Shown: positions 1-9,138 of the stretch, in pieces
Position numbering within the stretch: the first letter of the stretch is position 1
Layout: each line of letters starts with the position of its first letter
DNA from: Nitrososphaeria archaeon
GTDB taxonomy: Archaea; Thermoproteota; Nitrososphaeria; Conexivisphaerales; UBA164
Direction: 5' to 3'
NCBI GenBank assembly: GCA_046536595.1
Contig: JAWDMM010000004.1
Span: 1-53,409, forward strand
DNA: 53,409 nt
Made by a program: the position numbers and the translations under genes
The notes under the pieces: generated by a model
The model's input: the letters and a program-made list of their open reading frames with translations, nothing else
Told to the model about the DNA's origin: nothing
The model's database searches: none

Positions 1-221
1 GCGTGTCCCGTAAGGGAATGCCACACGAGGGCTCTACATATCCCCGAGTCCGTTAAGGATAGGGGTAAGTGGCTGAAGGCACAGCCCGTGGTCTATCGCT
101 GGACGAGCGGAGCGGGGTGGGCAACCACTAGCTATGAAGTCATGAAAATGAAAGCGGTAAACCACGAACCTGTGATCCGCCTTGAAGGAACCATCGCCTT
201 TTAAGGCGGTGAGGATGTCAG
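1..221 (+). mobile_element. Non-autonomous IS200/IS605-derived element, copy 1 (tnpB 3' tail / omega-RNA region plus right end; left part outside window)
   Basis: Translates to a TnpB-type C-terminal tail (LHIPESVKDRGKWLKAQPVVYRWTSGAGWATTSYEVMKMKAVNHEP...AF*). Ends in the hairpin ATCGCCTT-TT-AAGGCGGT followed by GAGGATGTCAG. Close inverted copy at 39818-40024. Confidence 0.85.
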
Positions 222-307
222 AGCAAGATGATCAGCGTGAATCATACCTTTTAGTGCGAGGAAGCTTACAAGAATTTATAAGCTCCCATTGAAAATTTAT
301 ATCTGAG

Positions 308-1378
308 ATGAGCGAGCTTAAAATAAATAAGCTACAAAACGCTCTAAAAGGAGTCGCTGATTATGCTATAGTTAATGCTGGTCCTAACTTCTTTTACCTA
401 ACCGGTGTTTGGCCCTTAGCTTCAATGGAAAGGCCTTTTTTCCTTGTAGTACCTGCAGATGATGCACCATTTATCGTCGCGCCTGAATTATACGCCCTTG
501 ACATAAAAAATATACAAGTAGAAAAAATACTATACAAGGATGGCGAGGATCCATTTTCAATCTTATCAAAAAGGCTCAAAAAAGGAATTGTGCTCCTTGA
601 CGACTTAATGTCTGCTTCTCACGCTTTAAGGATACAGATGAACCTTGACGGCTACTCGTTTGACCTGCTATCTTCTCTGATATCAAAACTCAGGGCTGTA
701 AAAAGCGAAGAGGAAGTCGAGCTTATAAAGAAAGCAACAAACATAGTCGACAGATCTTTCAAAAAAATAGTACATGAGATCTATTCAGGGATAACTGAAA
801 ATGAACTCGCGCAGATTTTAAACGAATACATGATGTACTATGGAGCAGATGGTTTAGCTTTCGAAACAATCGTTGCATCAGGCCCCAACTCGGCAGAGCC
901 GCACCATCTAACCGGAAAAAGAAAGATAAGAAAAGGGGATGTGATAATCATGGATTATGGCGCCAGATACAGGGGCTATGTTTCTGACATAACTAGAACA
1001 GTATATTTTGGAAGCGTTGATACAAAGTTTTTAGAGGTTTATGAAACTGTAAAAAGGGCTCAGGAAGCGGCAATAAACTTTGTAAAGCCCGGAGTTGAAG
1101 CTCGAGTAATAGATAGAGCCGCGAGGTCTGTTATAGAAGCTAAGGGTTATGGCCCTAACTTTACACACAGGACTGGCCATGGAATAGGCGTCGAGGTTCA
1201 TGAACAGCCTTTTCTTGATTCTCACAACACCCTTAAGATAGAAAATGGTATGGTTTTTACAGTCGAACCTGGAATATACATAGAAGGAAAATTTGGCGTC
1301 AGGATAGAGGATGATGTGATATTGAAAAACAAAGCAGAAAGGCTTACGAGATCCACTAGGTCATTGATCACTGTCTGA
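308..1378 (+). CDS. pepQ: Xaa-Pro dipeptidase/aminopeptidase (M24B)
   Basis: Creatinase N-domain plus metal motifs DYGARY..YVSDITRT, HRTGHGIG.EVHE, VEPGIY, GVRIED. Confidence 0.92.
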   Translation: MSELKINKLQNALKGVADYAIVNAGPNFFYLTGVWPLASMERPFFLVVPADDAPFIVAPELYALDIKNIQVEKILYKDGEDPFSILSKRLKKGIVLLDDLMSASHALRIQMNLDGYSFDLLSSLISKLRAVKSEEEVELIKKATNIVDRSFKKIVHEIYSGITENELAQILNEYMMYYGADGLAFETIVASGPNSAEPHHLTGKRKIRKGDVIIMDYGARYRGYVSDITRTVYFGSVDTKFLEVYETVKRAQEAAINFVKPGVEARVIDRAARSVIEAKGYGPNFTHRTGHGIGVEVHEQPFLDSHNTLKIENGMVFTVEPGIYIEGKFGVRIEDDVILKNKAERLTRSTRSLITV

Positions 1379-1426
1379 ATCAAAAATAAACTCTAAAGGG
1401 TTTTCAATGTTAGGTTTATATAATCG

Positions 1427-1744
1427 ATGCGCTCAGTAAAAAACATGAAAAGATGTTACGATTGCGCGTTCTTTTATGTTCATCCCGTTTATTCTAACAT
1501 GGGGCTTTGTAAAATTCATAAAAAAATCGTTGATAAGGACTTTTACTGTGACGAGTTCAAGGAAGTAAAGGTTGAAGATCTGTTTAAGGTATTAAAAGAA
1601 AGGGGCTGGGTCTACTGTTCTGACTGTAAAAAGCCTATATTCAATGAAGAAGAGCTAAAGAAACACTTAAACATGAACCATCATGTAACAGTAAGCTTTT
1701 TGAAAGATGAAGTAGCAAAAGAAGAATCTCCCGGCGCTTTTTAG
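1427..1744 (+). CDS. Small Cys/His-rich metal-binding hypothetical protein
   Basis: CxxC..GLC..C cluster followed by CxxC-x12-H-x4-H (C2H2-like). TATA-like TTTATATA upstream; start may be 1445. Confidence 0.7.
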   Translation: MRSVKNMKRCYDCAFFYVHPVYSNMGLCKIHKKIVDKDFYCDEFKEVKVEDLFKVLKERGWVYCSDCKKPIFNEEELKKHLNMNHHVTVSFLKDEVAKEESPGAF

Positions 1745-2349
1745 ATTCCTTTTCTTGTTTTTGCTAGAAGTTCTCTAGAACACCTGTCTGCATAGTAGAG
1801 TGGCCACGGCAAGCCGTTTTCAGATGCATTTTTTATAAAAACTTTTAAAGAATCATTGATGCTTATATAGTTACCTGGACTCACGTAAAATTTTTTACTT
1901 TTTAAATTTACGCTCCAACCTACCTGTTTTTCGTTAAAGAATACCTTATCATCTTTTTCTGTAAAGCCTTTCAGGAGCTTGTTTGCAACTCCTACGCTGG
2001 GGATATTAAGTACTGTTCCAACATGCGATGCAAAACCAAAACACCGCGGGTGTATTATGCCGTGAGCGTTAACAAAGATCAGGTCTGGCTTTTCTTTTAC
2101 AGTTTTGAAAAATACCTTTGATTCTCTGAGGTAGAAAAAACCAGGGATATAAGGGGGTATACCTTTTAAGACTGAGAATTCAAATCCGATCCTTTTATCT
2201 GAACAGCAAATTGTCGCAAAGTAACATCCAACTGCAATATCATCATAATAAGAAGCGTCAAACCCACCGACAACAGAATATTCTTCAACGTAGCTCTCAA
2301 GCTTAAGCTTCCTGGACAAAAGCTCCTGTGCGCGGGCTGCTTTGTTCAA
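1741..2349 (-). CDS. nfi: Endonuclease V
   Basis: GFDASY, PYIPGF..LRE wedge motif, (N)AHGIIHPR.FG.ASH.G, GVAN, YVSPG. Confidence 0.9.
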   Translation of the reverse strand: MNKAARAQELLSRKLKLESYVEEYSVVGGFDASYYDDIAVGCYFATICCSDKRIGFEFSVLKGIPPYIPGFFYLRESKVFFKTVKEKPDLIFVNAHGIIHPRCFGFASHVGTVLNIPSVGVANKLLKGFTEKDDKVFFNEKQVGWSVNLKSKKFYVSPGNYISINDSLKVFIKNASENGLPWPLYYADRCSRELLAKTRKGI

Positions 2350-2371
2350 ATCCAGAGCCGTCAGGAACCCA

Positions 2372-3241
2372 TCAGCTCAGTACCGGTTCTCCCCAGCCGT
2401 AAACCCTGAGCCTGTTTGGCTGTGCATTTACGTTCAAAAGTATAGCTTTACCGCTGACGAATGGTACCTGGTTTGACAGCACTAGCGTATCGTTTTTAAG
2501 TTCCCCAAAAATTTTCATTCCGTATAAAAACGCATGCAGGTTCTGTGCTTCCTGAGCTATGCTTAGCTTGTACACTTTTAGCTTTGAGCTGAACGAACCA
2601 ACGCTCTCTGTTACAGCCGCATAAGAAGCTTTCAGATCCTTTTCTTCTACGCCTTTCAAGGCGAAACCAAACCTTATGCCAGGCCCAACCTCTTCATAAT
2701 CTTCATCCAATACCTGTATTGACTTTATTTCAGCTTCCTTTAAAGATGGCAGCAACTTTATCTTCTGATGAACCTTAAAGCTGGAAAACGAAAACCCCAA
2801 AATCACTGGGCCAACGCCCTTTACGATAAACGCGCTATCAATGTAAGCAAAACCCAGATCCTTTGTATACTGAACCTTATCCTCTTGAACCTTTTTCTCT
2901 GAAATTTTTCTGGCTATGCTAAAGGACGCAAAGTATTTTTTAAAAGTGTCCTCGTCCTGAGATGCTACACAACCGTCTCTGTTTGAACTTTCCAACAAAA
3001 GGGCAATCTCTGCTTCTTCCTTGTTAACTTCCCTGTTAAGAAAGCAGAAATAATCGGAGATCGAGACCGCTTCAGCTAAAGAAAAAATTTCATCGTGTTT
3101 GGGGACAAGCACGCTTATCAGATCTTCCCCTGACTTTCTGTAGAACTTGCCCTCTTCTTTTTTCTTCCCGAGTCCTTCAGCAAAGCTTTCAGCCTCTCTT
3201 GGATCAGCCGATATAACGCTGATGATCTTTCCTTTAAGCAC
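2372..3241 (-). CDS. SelB-like (SelBL) translation factor with degenerate G domain
   Basis: EF-Tu/SelB domain II motifs DSAFIVKGVGPVILG, IKSIQVLDED, GPG.RFGFALKG; no intact GxxxxGK P-loop. Confidence 0.75.
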   Translation of the reverse strand: MLKGKIISVISADPREAESFAEGLGKKKEEGKFYRKSGEDLISVLVPKHDEIFSLAEAVSISDYFCFLNREVNKEEAEIALLLESSNRDGCVASQDEDTFKKYFASFSIARKISEKKVQEDKVQYTKDLGFAYIDSAFIVKGVGPVILGFSFSSFKVHQKIKLLPSLKEAEIKSIQVLDEDYEEVGPGIRFGFALKGVEEKDLKASYAAVTESVGSFSSKLKVYKLSIAQEAQNLHAFLYGMKIFGELKNDTLVLSNQVPFVSGKAILLNVNAQPNRLRVYGWGEPVLS

Positions 3242-3287
3242 AACTTTAAATTATCAATGTGAATAAAAAGGTTTCTATACTTCAAAA

Positions 3288-3943
3288 GGTGCCGTTAACT
3301 TAAGGCTTAAAATTTATTTTTCAGCGGAGCCATTTTTCTAGCAAATTATTTGCAAACCAGAAAAAGGACCCCAACAGAACTTTATTTTATTTATTCAGTT
3401 TAAGCTTGCGGACATCTTACGTCCTTGGGTTCATAATTAAGAGAAGCCACGTTGCAATATAGAAATGGATTCAGAAGTCTTCATTCTTATTAGACTCCAA
3501 CGTTGGCAAGCAGGATGTCAATTCCATATTTATTGATGAAACTGAAATAAACTTTAGTGGGAAGCTATGGGTAGCATACGAACCTCAACTCAAAGCTTTC
3601 CTAAGGAAGTTTGTAAAGAAGTATTACAGGAAGGCTATCTACACAGACGGAGCTCTTAGGTACGTTGATGCATGTAAGTGGGCGGTGGTAGTGCATGTGA
3701 TATATGAACAAAGTTTGAAGAACTTAATGAAAAGTATGAACACATAAAGGACAAGACAGAGGCTTTTGACGACCTTTTCCCGTGCAAAAAGCCAAAATTT
3801 GATCATGTAAGTAACTGGTTCAAAGCCTTCAGGTTCTTCTACAACTATGTATTCACGAACGAGGAAATTGGTTCAGCGCCACTCTCCAATGATCAGCTTC
3901 CAGAATGGATTAAGCCAAGTTATGGGATTAAGTTAACGGCACC
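3288..3943 (+). mobile_element. Degenerate IS6-family insertion sequence
   Basis: Perfect 16-bp terminal IRs: GGTGCCGTTAACTTAA (3288-3303) and TTAAGTTAACGGCACC (3928-3943), enclosing a broken DDE transposase. Confidence 0.85.
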
Positions 3944-3947
3944 ATAG
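3368..3947 (+). pseudogene. IS6-family DDE transposase pseudogene
   Basis: Fragments RSHVAI*KWIQK, FIDETEI..KLWVAYEP, IYTDGA.RY..AC, KDKTEAFDDLFPC, FFYNY, interrupted by stops and frameshifts. 5' boundary approximate. Confidence 0.82.
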
Positions 3948-3991
3948 GTAATTAGTAACATTTAAAAGATGACAAGCTAAGGCATATTAAA

Positions 3992-5320
3992 ATGACAAGC
4001 AGCCAATTTTTGATCAATAACCTCTGGGTGTCGATCGCTGCTTTACTAGTGTTTGCAATGACAATCTCTGTGGGATTGCTGGAAGTTGGTGAACTTGGAG
4101 AAAAGATGAACAGGAGCCTTCTCAAAACAACATTGATAATGGGCACAGCGCTCGTGGTTATGGGCTTGATTGGCTTTAACGTTGCATTTGCACCTACAAT
4201 CGATGGCATCATCGGTGATCCAGCTTACCTTCCTGGCCTTACTCTTGGCGCATTTTCAAAAGCCGCAAACTCTGTTTTATTCATAAACAACATCTGGTGG
4301 TCGATGACGCCACAGTACTTTGGAACTGGGCTGACAACAACAACTTACTTTTTATTTGAAACCGCATTCGCTTCTGTAACCCTTGCGCTCGTTGGCGTTG
4401 TTGTACTAAGAAAGATGAAGCTATCATCATTCTTCCTTTTCTCAATAGTTTACTTTGCAATAATCTGGCCACTGCCTGCAGCTTGGATATGGAATCCAAC
4501 CGGCTGGTTGTACCTTATGGGCATGAGGGATTTTGCCGGGGGGCTCGTTGTACATGGTGCTGCTGGTGCAGCTGGCATAGCTATACTCATCAGGATATGG
4601 CAGGAAGAAAGGAAGTTAGGTCTAAAGGAAAGCGTTCAGGAACAGATCAAGCTAAATGAAGGATGGCTTGTGCTGGCTACTCTGCTGCTCTTTATGGGGT
4701 GGTTTGGATTCAACCCAGGAAGCGTTTTAGCATTTAACAGTGATGTGCCAATGGTTGCAGTAGTTACCTTCCTTGCAGCCGCAGCCGCAATGCTTTCAAC
4801 CATGGGAACAAAGTATCTGGTTTCAAAGGAAAACCCGGGCATACTCTATGCTGTTAATGGATTGCTGATGGGCCTAATAGTTATAACTCCCCTTGCAGGG
4901 TTTGTTGAACCTGGCAGCGCAATAATTCTGGGACTCCTTGCAGGTCCAGTGTTCATAGCCGGTGAAAGGTATTTCTCAAAGTTCAAGTGGTTCACTGACC
5001 CTGTAGGTCTTCTGCCGGGCCACTTTTTGGGTGGACTTTTTGGAGTCACAATGATTGCATTTTTCACGGAAAGTGCCTACGCAGCTGCATCAGGAAACCC
5101 AACGCTCCCAAATGGGCTGCTTTTCGGGGGCGGAATGGCTGCATTGCATCAGCTTGGGGTAGAGGTTTTCGGCATAGCTGTAGTGCTCATCACAGTCTTT
5201 ATAATTTCATACATAACTATAACTTTGGTCAGCCATCTAACAAACGGATTGCTTATTAAGGAGCCTCAAACAATAGCACTAGAAGAAAGTCAGCCACCTA
5301 ACAAACGGATTGCTTACTGA
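3992..5320 (+). CDS. amt: Ammonium transporter (Amt family)
   Basis: Multiple TM helices; DFAGGLVVH, GWFGFNPGS, NG.L.GL..ITP.AG and DPVG...GH twin-His motifs. Confidence 0.92.
   Translation: MTSSQFLINNLWVSIAALLVFAMTISVGLLEVGELGEKMNRSLLKTTLIMGTALVVMGLIGFNVAFAPTIDGIIGDPAYLPGLTLGAFSKAANSVLFINNIWWSMTPQYFGTGLTTTTYFLFETAFASVTLALVGVVVLRKMKLSSFFLFSIVYFAIIWPLPAAWIWNPTGWLYLMGMRDFAGGLVVHGAAGAAGIAILIRIWQEERKLGLKESVQEQIKLNEGWLVLATLLLFMGWFGFNPGSVLAFNSDVPMVAVVTFLAAAAAMLSTMGTKYLVSKENPGILYAVNGLLMGLIVITPLAGFVEPGSAIILGLLAGPVFIAGERYFSKFKWFTDPVGLLPGHFLGGLFGVTMIAFFTESAYAAASGNPTLPNGLLFGGGMAALHQLGVEVFGIAVVLITVFIISYITITLVSHLTNGLLIKEPQTIALEESQPPNKRIAY
5228..5316 (+). repeat. 28-bp direct repeat, two copies, 61-bp period
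   Basis: GTCAGCCAtCTAACAAACGGATTGCTTA (5228-5255) and GTCAGCCAcCTAACAAACGGATTGCTTA (5289-5316), one mismatch. Confidence 0.9.
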
Positions 5321-5452
5321 TTATTAAAAAAGGCAACTGATCATTATTTTTTAATTCTGATTTTTTTAGTCCTTTATAATGAATCTTAACCTAATGGTTA
5401 TAGCATTAAGCATTAGCGTAATAGAACGTCATTGTTAGATAACTATGATCAT

Positions 5453-5471
5453 GCCTTAAGTTAACGGCGCC
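5453..5471 (-). repeat. Third IS6-type inverted repeat, downstream of amt
   Basis: GCCTTAAGTTAACGGCGCC is the reverse complement of 3288-3306 (GGTGCCGTTAACTTAAGGC) at 18/19 positions. Confidence 0.9.
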
Positions 5472-5478
5472 ATTCAAA

Positions 5479-6237
5479 CTAAGCGTTCTCGAGCAAAAAG
5501 CTTCTGAGCAGCTTGACCTTCGGGAGCTTAAAGGCCCCCGTGCTCGGGTCAACAGCTATAGCTTTAAGCTCATCTATATCAACTATAGTGTGAAAGAATG
5601 GAGATAGAAGCTCCTCCTTCGGCGTTACGTTTACTTCAACGCCGGAAGCTATAGGAGAAAAGGCAGGCAAGCAGATGAACCTGTGACCGAGCTTGTCCTT
5701 GCCATAAAGTATAACGTGCAGTTTAACCCTGTCGTACCCGCTTTTCAAGACTACTGCAGGCTGTTCGTGGCCTATTACTATTGTATGTACTCCTTTATAA
5801 TCATTGAGAAGCTTGTGACCGTGCAGAAAAAGGTAGCCTTTTTCCATATGCTCTTCAACTACGTTAAGGCCTATTTTGTTTGAAATCGTAAGCAGGTAGT
5901 TATCATGGTTCCCCCTGACTACTATAATCTCGGAGAAAAGCTTCTTGAGCTCCTCATGTAGCTTTTTGACCTCGCTCCACTCCTGAAAGGTTGCCTCCTT
6001 GAATTCATGTTTCAGATCGCCGTTTATCAGAATTCTGTTTGCCTTTGTCTGATCTTTAATTGCGTTTATTTCTTCTAGTATGATCTTCAGCTGCACCTGT
6101 GGAATGAAAAGCTTGGCTTCCTCTGCAAGATAGGTTTCTTCGCCCAACTGTAGGTCTGAGATGGCTACAAGATCTAATTCTTCAAAGTAAACGGCCCTTT
6201 TCCCGTCTATTGTCTTAATCCCCTTAAATACCTGCAT
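5479..6237 (-). CDS. Calcineurin-like metallophosphoesterase (Lhr-associated)
   Basis: SDL(Q)LG, NGDLKH, RGNHD, LHGH, IGHEQP, LPAFSP motifs; overlaps the lhr 3' end. Confidence 0.85.
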   Translation of the reverse strand: MQVFKGIKTIDGKRAVYFEELDLVAISDLQLGEETYLAEEAKLFIPQVQLKIILEEINAIKDQTKANRILINGDLKHEFKEATFQEWSEVKKLHEELKKLFSEIIVVRGNHDNYLLTISNKIGLNVVEEHMEKGYLFLHGHKLLNDYKGVHTIVIGHEQPAVVLKSGYDRVKLHVILYGKDKLGHRFICLPAFSPIASGVEVNVTPKEELLSPFFHTIVDIDELKAIAVDPSTGAFKLPKVKLLRSFLLENA

Positions 6238-8845
6238 CCCTGTTCTTATTCCGCAAAAACTGTATTAACTTTTGATGAAGTTTTAGTATAAGCTTTCTCC
6301 TGTCCTCCATAAGTATTACGTCTGAGGAGCCCCATGCCAGCATCTTGAAAGAAAAAGGGGAAGGTACGTTTGACCTTTCAAGCACGAAAAACCTGTATTC
6401 CCCAGATTCTACTTTTCTCAAGAAATCCTTAGCTGCTGAAATGTCCATATAGTCTTGAAGTATCTCCCTGTAAGCTTCCTTTAGCAACGGAAAGTTTTTG
6501 ACATTCTGAACGACCTTCACGAGAAGGTCTGAGTTAAACTGCTGCTTCCCGACGCTTATCGAGTGACCCTTATAGTTCCTCAGTATCATGAAACTCCGCG
6601 CGGCAACTTGTCTGAACTTTCTCCTGAAAAGCTCTGTGTTGCTTATAGCTTTATGAAGTATTTCGTCCAGATTCTTAGAGCTGACGCTTTTGAGGAGCTT
6701 ATTTAAGTTAACGTTAACTTCATTGTCAACCGAAAGGACAAAGCCGTTGTCAGAAACCATAACCCCTACAGATGACCCGACCATCTCCGACAGCCTGTAC
6801 CCAAAAGCTCTCGAAAGAGCATCGTTGGCCTTTCTTCCAAGCAGCGTGTGAAATACAATGTTAAACTTGTCAGATACGTACTGCTCTACAAGGTAATCCC
6901 CAGAGCTGAGCTTTTCGATCCTTCTGCTCTTTAGGAACTTAGTCATCAACGTCAAGTACTCGGCTATCGCGTTTTTTGCGTTTTCGTCTGCAGGATAATC
7001 GCTTATTTTTTCCAGCACTTCCCCTTTAGAAAGGCCCAGCAATGAAGACCTGAAGGCCTGAATCTTGTTAGCTAAATCGTAGCTCAAAGGAAGCTCTTCA
7101 GAAAACCACGCTGGGACAGTTGGCTTTGAGTCCTCTGCCTTTCTCACGTAGACCTTCATTCTCTTTGAGCTCAGGAATTCATATATCTTTCCGGCAAGGA
7201 CAAACCTGTCCCCAGGTCCTAGACGTTCTACGAACTCTTCTTCCAGAGTTCCTATAGGCCTTTTCCCTTCATAAACAACAACCTTCGTTTCATCGGGAAT
7301 AGTCCCCTGATTCAGATAGAATATCATCCTTGCAGATTTCTTTTTGCCGAACTCCGCGTTACGATCTTCATAATTTAGGCTATCAACCCTTTCCCCGTCT
7401 TTATAAAGCGATATCTTTGAATAGACACCGCTTTCCTCAAGGCTGTGATAAGCCCCTGCCAAGTAGTTTATAACGTCTATAAAGTCGTTCCATTCAAGGG
7501 TTTCATAGCTGTAGCTTCGCTTTATCACGCTGTAAGCTTCAAAAACGTTCCACCTTTTTACTAAGGACATTGAAACTATCGTCTGTGAAAGCACGTCGAG
7601 CGCGTTTTTCACTATCTTTATCTTGTCTAGCTCTCTCCTTAAAGCATAATAAGCCATTACCGTGGTTTCTACTATGTCGTCGTTGTCGCTCGCTATTATT
7701 ACCCCTCTCGAAACGCTGTTTATGTTGTGGCCCGAACGCCCAACCCTCTGCAAAAGCCTTATGATGCTCTTGGGGCTCCCGAGCTGGATTACAAGGTCTA
7801 TGTATCCTATGTCTATGCCTAGTTCAAGAGATGTTGAGCTTACTATTGCTTTAAGCTGCCCGTTCTTGAGCCTGTCCTCAAAGTCAAGCCTGAGGTCTCT
7901 GCTGACCGAGCTGTGATGCGCTCCTATCGTTTCATCGGTAAATATATCTGGAAACTTTTTCTTCAGGTTAGCCACAACCCTTTCTGTGCCGCTTCTGGTG
8001 TTAGTAAATATAAGAGCGGTCTTGCTATTCTTTAAAAGGCGGTATAGCATTGCATAGGTTGATTCTGTCAGCTTTGTTTCGCTGGCCCTGACTATGTCCT
8101 TAACTGGTGAAAGCACTTCAACAACGGTCTTCTTTTCAAACCTTGCGTCTATGACAGTTACATCCCTTTTGCTTCCTACAAGGAACATGGCTATATCTTC
8201 TATGGGGGATGTCGTTGCGCTCAGCCCGATCCTTTGAAAATCAGCCAGCTCCTGCAATAGCTCAAGCGTCAACGAAAGGTAAGACCCTCTTTTCGATTCT
8301 GCAAGCGCATGAATTTCATCTACTATAACCCATTTTACGGTCCTAAGGTTTTCTCTGAACTTTGGGGCTGTTACAGCTATCGCTAGGCTTTCAGGCGTTG
8401 TACAAAGAATTGCAGGCGGTTTGAGCAGCTGTTTTGCCTTTTCAGAGCTCGTGCTGTCGCTTGTCCTTATGCCAACATTTATGTACGAAAGCCAATCTCT
8501 TTCAGTACCTGATTTCATCTCTTCCAGAGGCACTAAAAGGTTTTTCTTGATATCGTTTATTAGGGCTTTTAAAGGGGAAACGTAAATGACCTTAACGCCT
8601 TTATCGTCATTTCCGTTTCTATATAGCTGTATGAGCTGACTGATTATGTCCAAGAAAGCCGCTAGAGTTTTGCCAGTGCCTGTTGGTGAAGAAACCAACA
8701 CGTTTTCTTTAGAATGTATATGATATATTGCATCTATTTGTGGTTGACTGAACCTTTTATATTTACTTTTAAACCATTCAAGAACTATAGGTTCAAGTAT
8801 CTTTTCAGCTTCTTCCTGAGAATGTCTTTCAGCGAATTTTATCAT
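6224..8845 (-). CDS. lhr: Lhr-family SF2 ATP-dependent helicase
   Basis: SPTGTGKT, YVSPLKAL, TTPESL, DEIH, GLSAT, HHSS, SLELGID, QRVGRSGH, GTIPD. ATG at 8845 preferred over the upstream TTG at 8890. Confidence 0.93.
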   Translation of the reverse strand: MIKFAERHSQEEAEKILEPIVLEWFKSKYKRFSQPQIDAIYHIHSKENVLVSSPTGTGKTLAAFLDIISQLIQLYRNGNDDKGVKVIYVSPLKALINDIKKNLLVPLEEMKSGTERDWLSYINVGIRTSDSTSSEKAKQLLKPPAILCTTPESLAIAVTAPKFRENLRTVKWVIVDEIHALAESKRGSYLSLTLELLQELADFQRIGLSATTSPIEDIAMFLVGSKRDVTVIDARFEKKTVVEVLSPVKDIVRASETKLTESTYAMLYRLLKNSKTALIFTNTRSGTERVVANLKKKFPDIFTDETIGAHHSSVSRDLRLDFEDRLKNGQLKAIVSSTSLELGIDIGYIDLVIQLGSPKSIIRLLQRVGRSGHNINSVSRGVIIASDNDDIVETTVMAYYALRRELDKIKIVKNALDVLSQTIVSMSLVKRWNVFEAYSVIKRSYSYETLEWNDFIDVINYLAGAYHSLEESGVYSKISLYKDGERVDSLNYEDRNAEFGKKKSARMIFYLNQGTIPDETKVVVYEGKRPIGTLEEEFVERLGPGDRFVLAGKIYEFLSSKRMKVYVRKAEDSKPTVPAWFSEELPLSYDLANKIQAFRSSLLGLSKGEVLEKISDYPADENAKNAIAEYLTLMTKFLKSRRIEKLSSGDYLVEQYVSDKFNIVFHTLLGRKANDALSRAFGYRLSEMVGSSVGVMVSDNGFVLSVDNEVNVNLNKLLKSVSSKNLDEILHKAISNTELFRRKFRQVAARSFMILRNYKGHSISVGKQQFNSDLLVKVVQNVKNFPLLKEAYREILQDYMDISAAKDFLRKVESGEYRFFVLERSNVPSPFSFKMLAWGSSDVILMEDRRKLILKLHQKLIQFLRNKNRDAGI

Positions 8846-9138
8846 TAAGTTAGACAAAATGATTAATTTTTGGTTAAAAACATAACTCAAAGTTTTTACT
8901 TTAGATTATAAATCAGAATAAACGTTATCTGAATGCGATTTTAGTATCAATTTTGCGCGAAACGTGATAAAAAACGCATTTTTGTAAAAATATTTTACCC
9001 ATTTTAACTTGATGTTTTAAAAATATGCATAAATCTCTTTTAATTTTAAAAATTTTTAAAAAATTAAACGGTTTATTTGTGAAATTATAAAGCTCATGTT
9101 AATAAAGTGGCGAGTACATCCTTATTATTTGAATTAGG

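Noticed and set aside
2372..3241. Selenocysteine machinery
   Set aside because: The protein lacks a G-domain P-loop and no selD, tRNA-Sec or in-frame UGA genes were seen; it fits the SelB-like family.
5228..5316. Mini CRISPR array (28-bp repeat, 33-bp spacer)
   Set aside because: Only two units, inside the amt reading frame, with no leader, no cas genes and no GAAA(C/G)-type repeat end; kept as a duplication.
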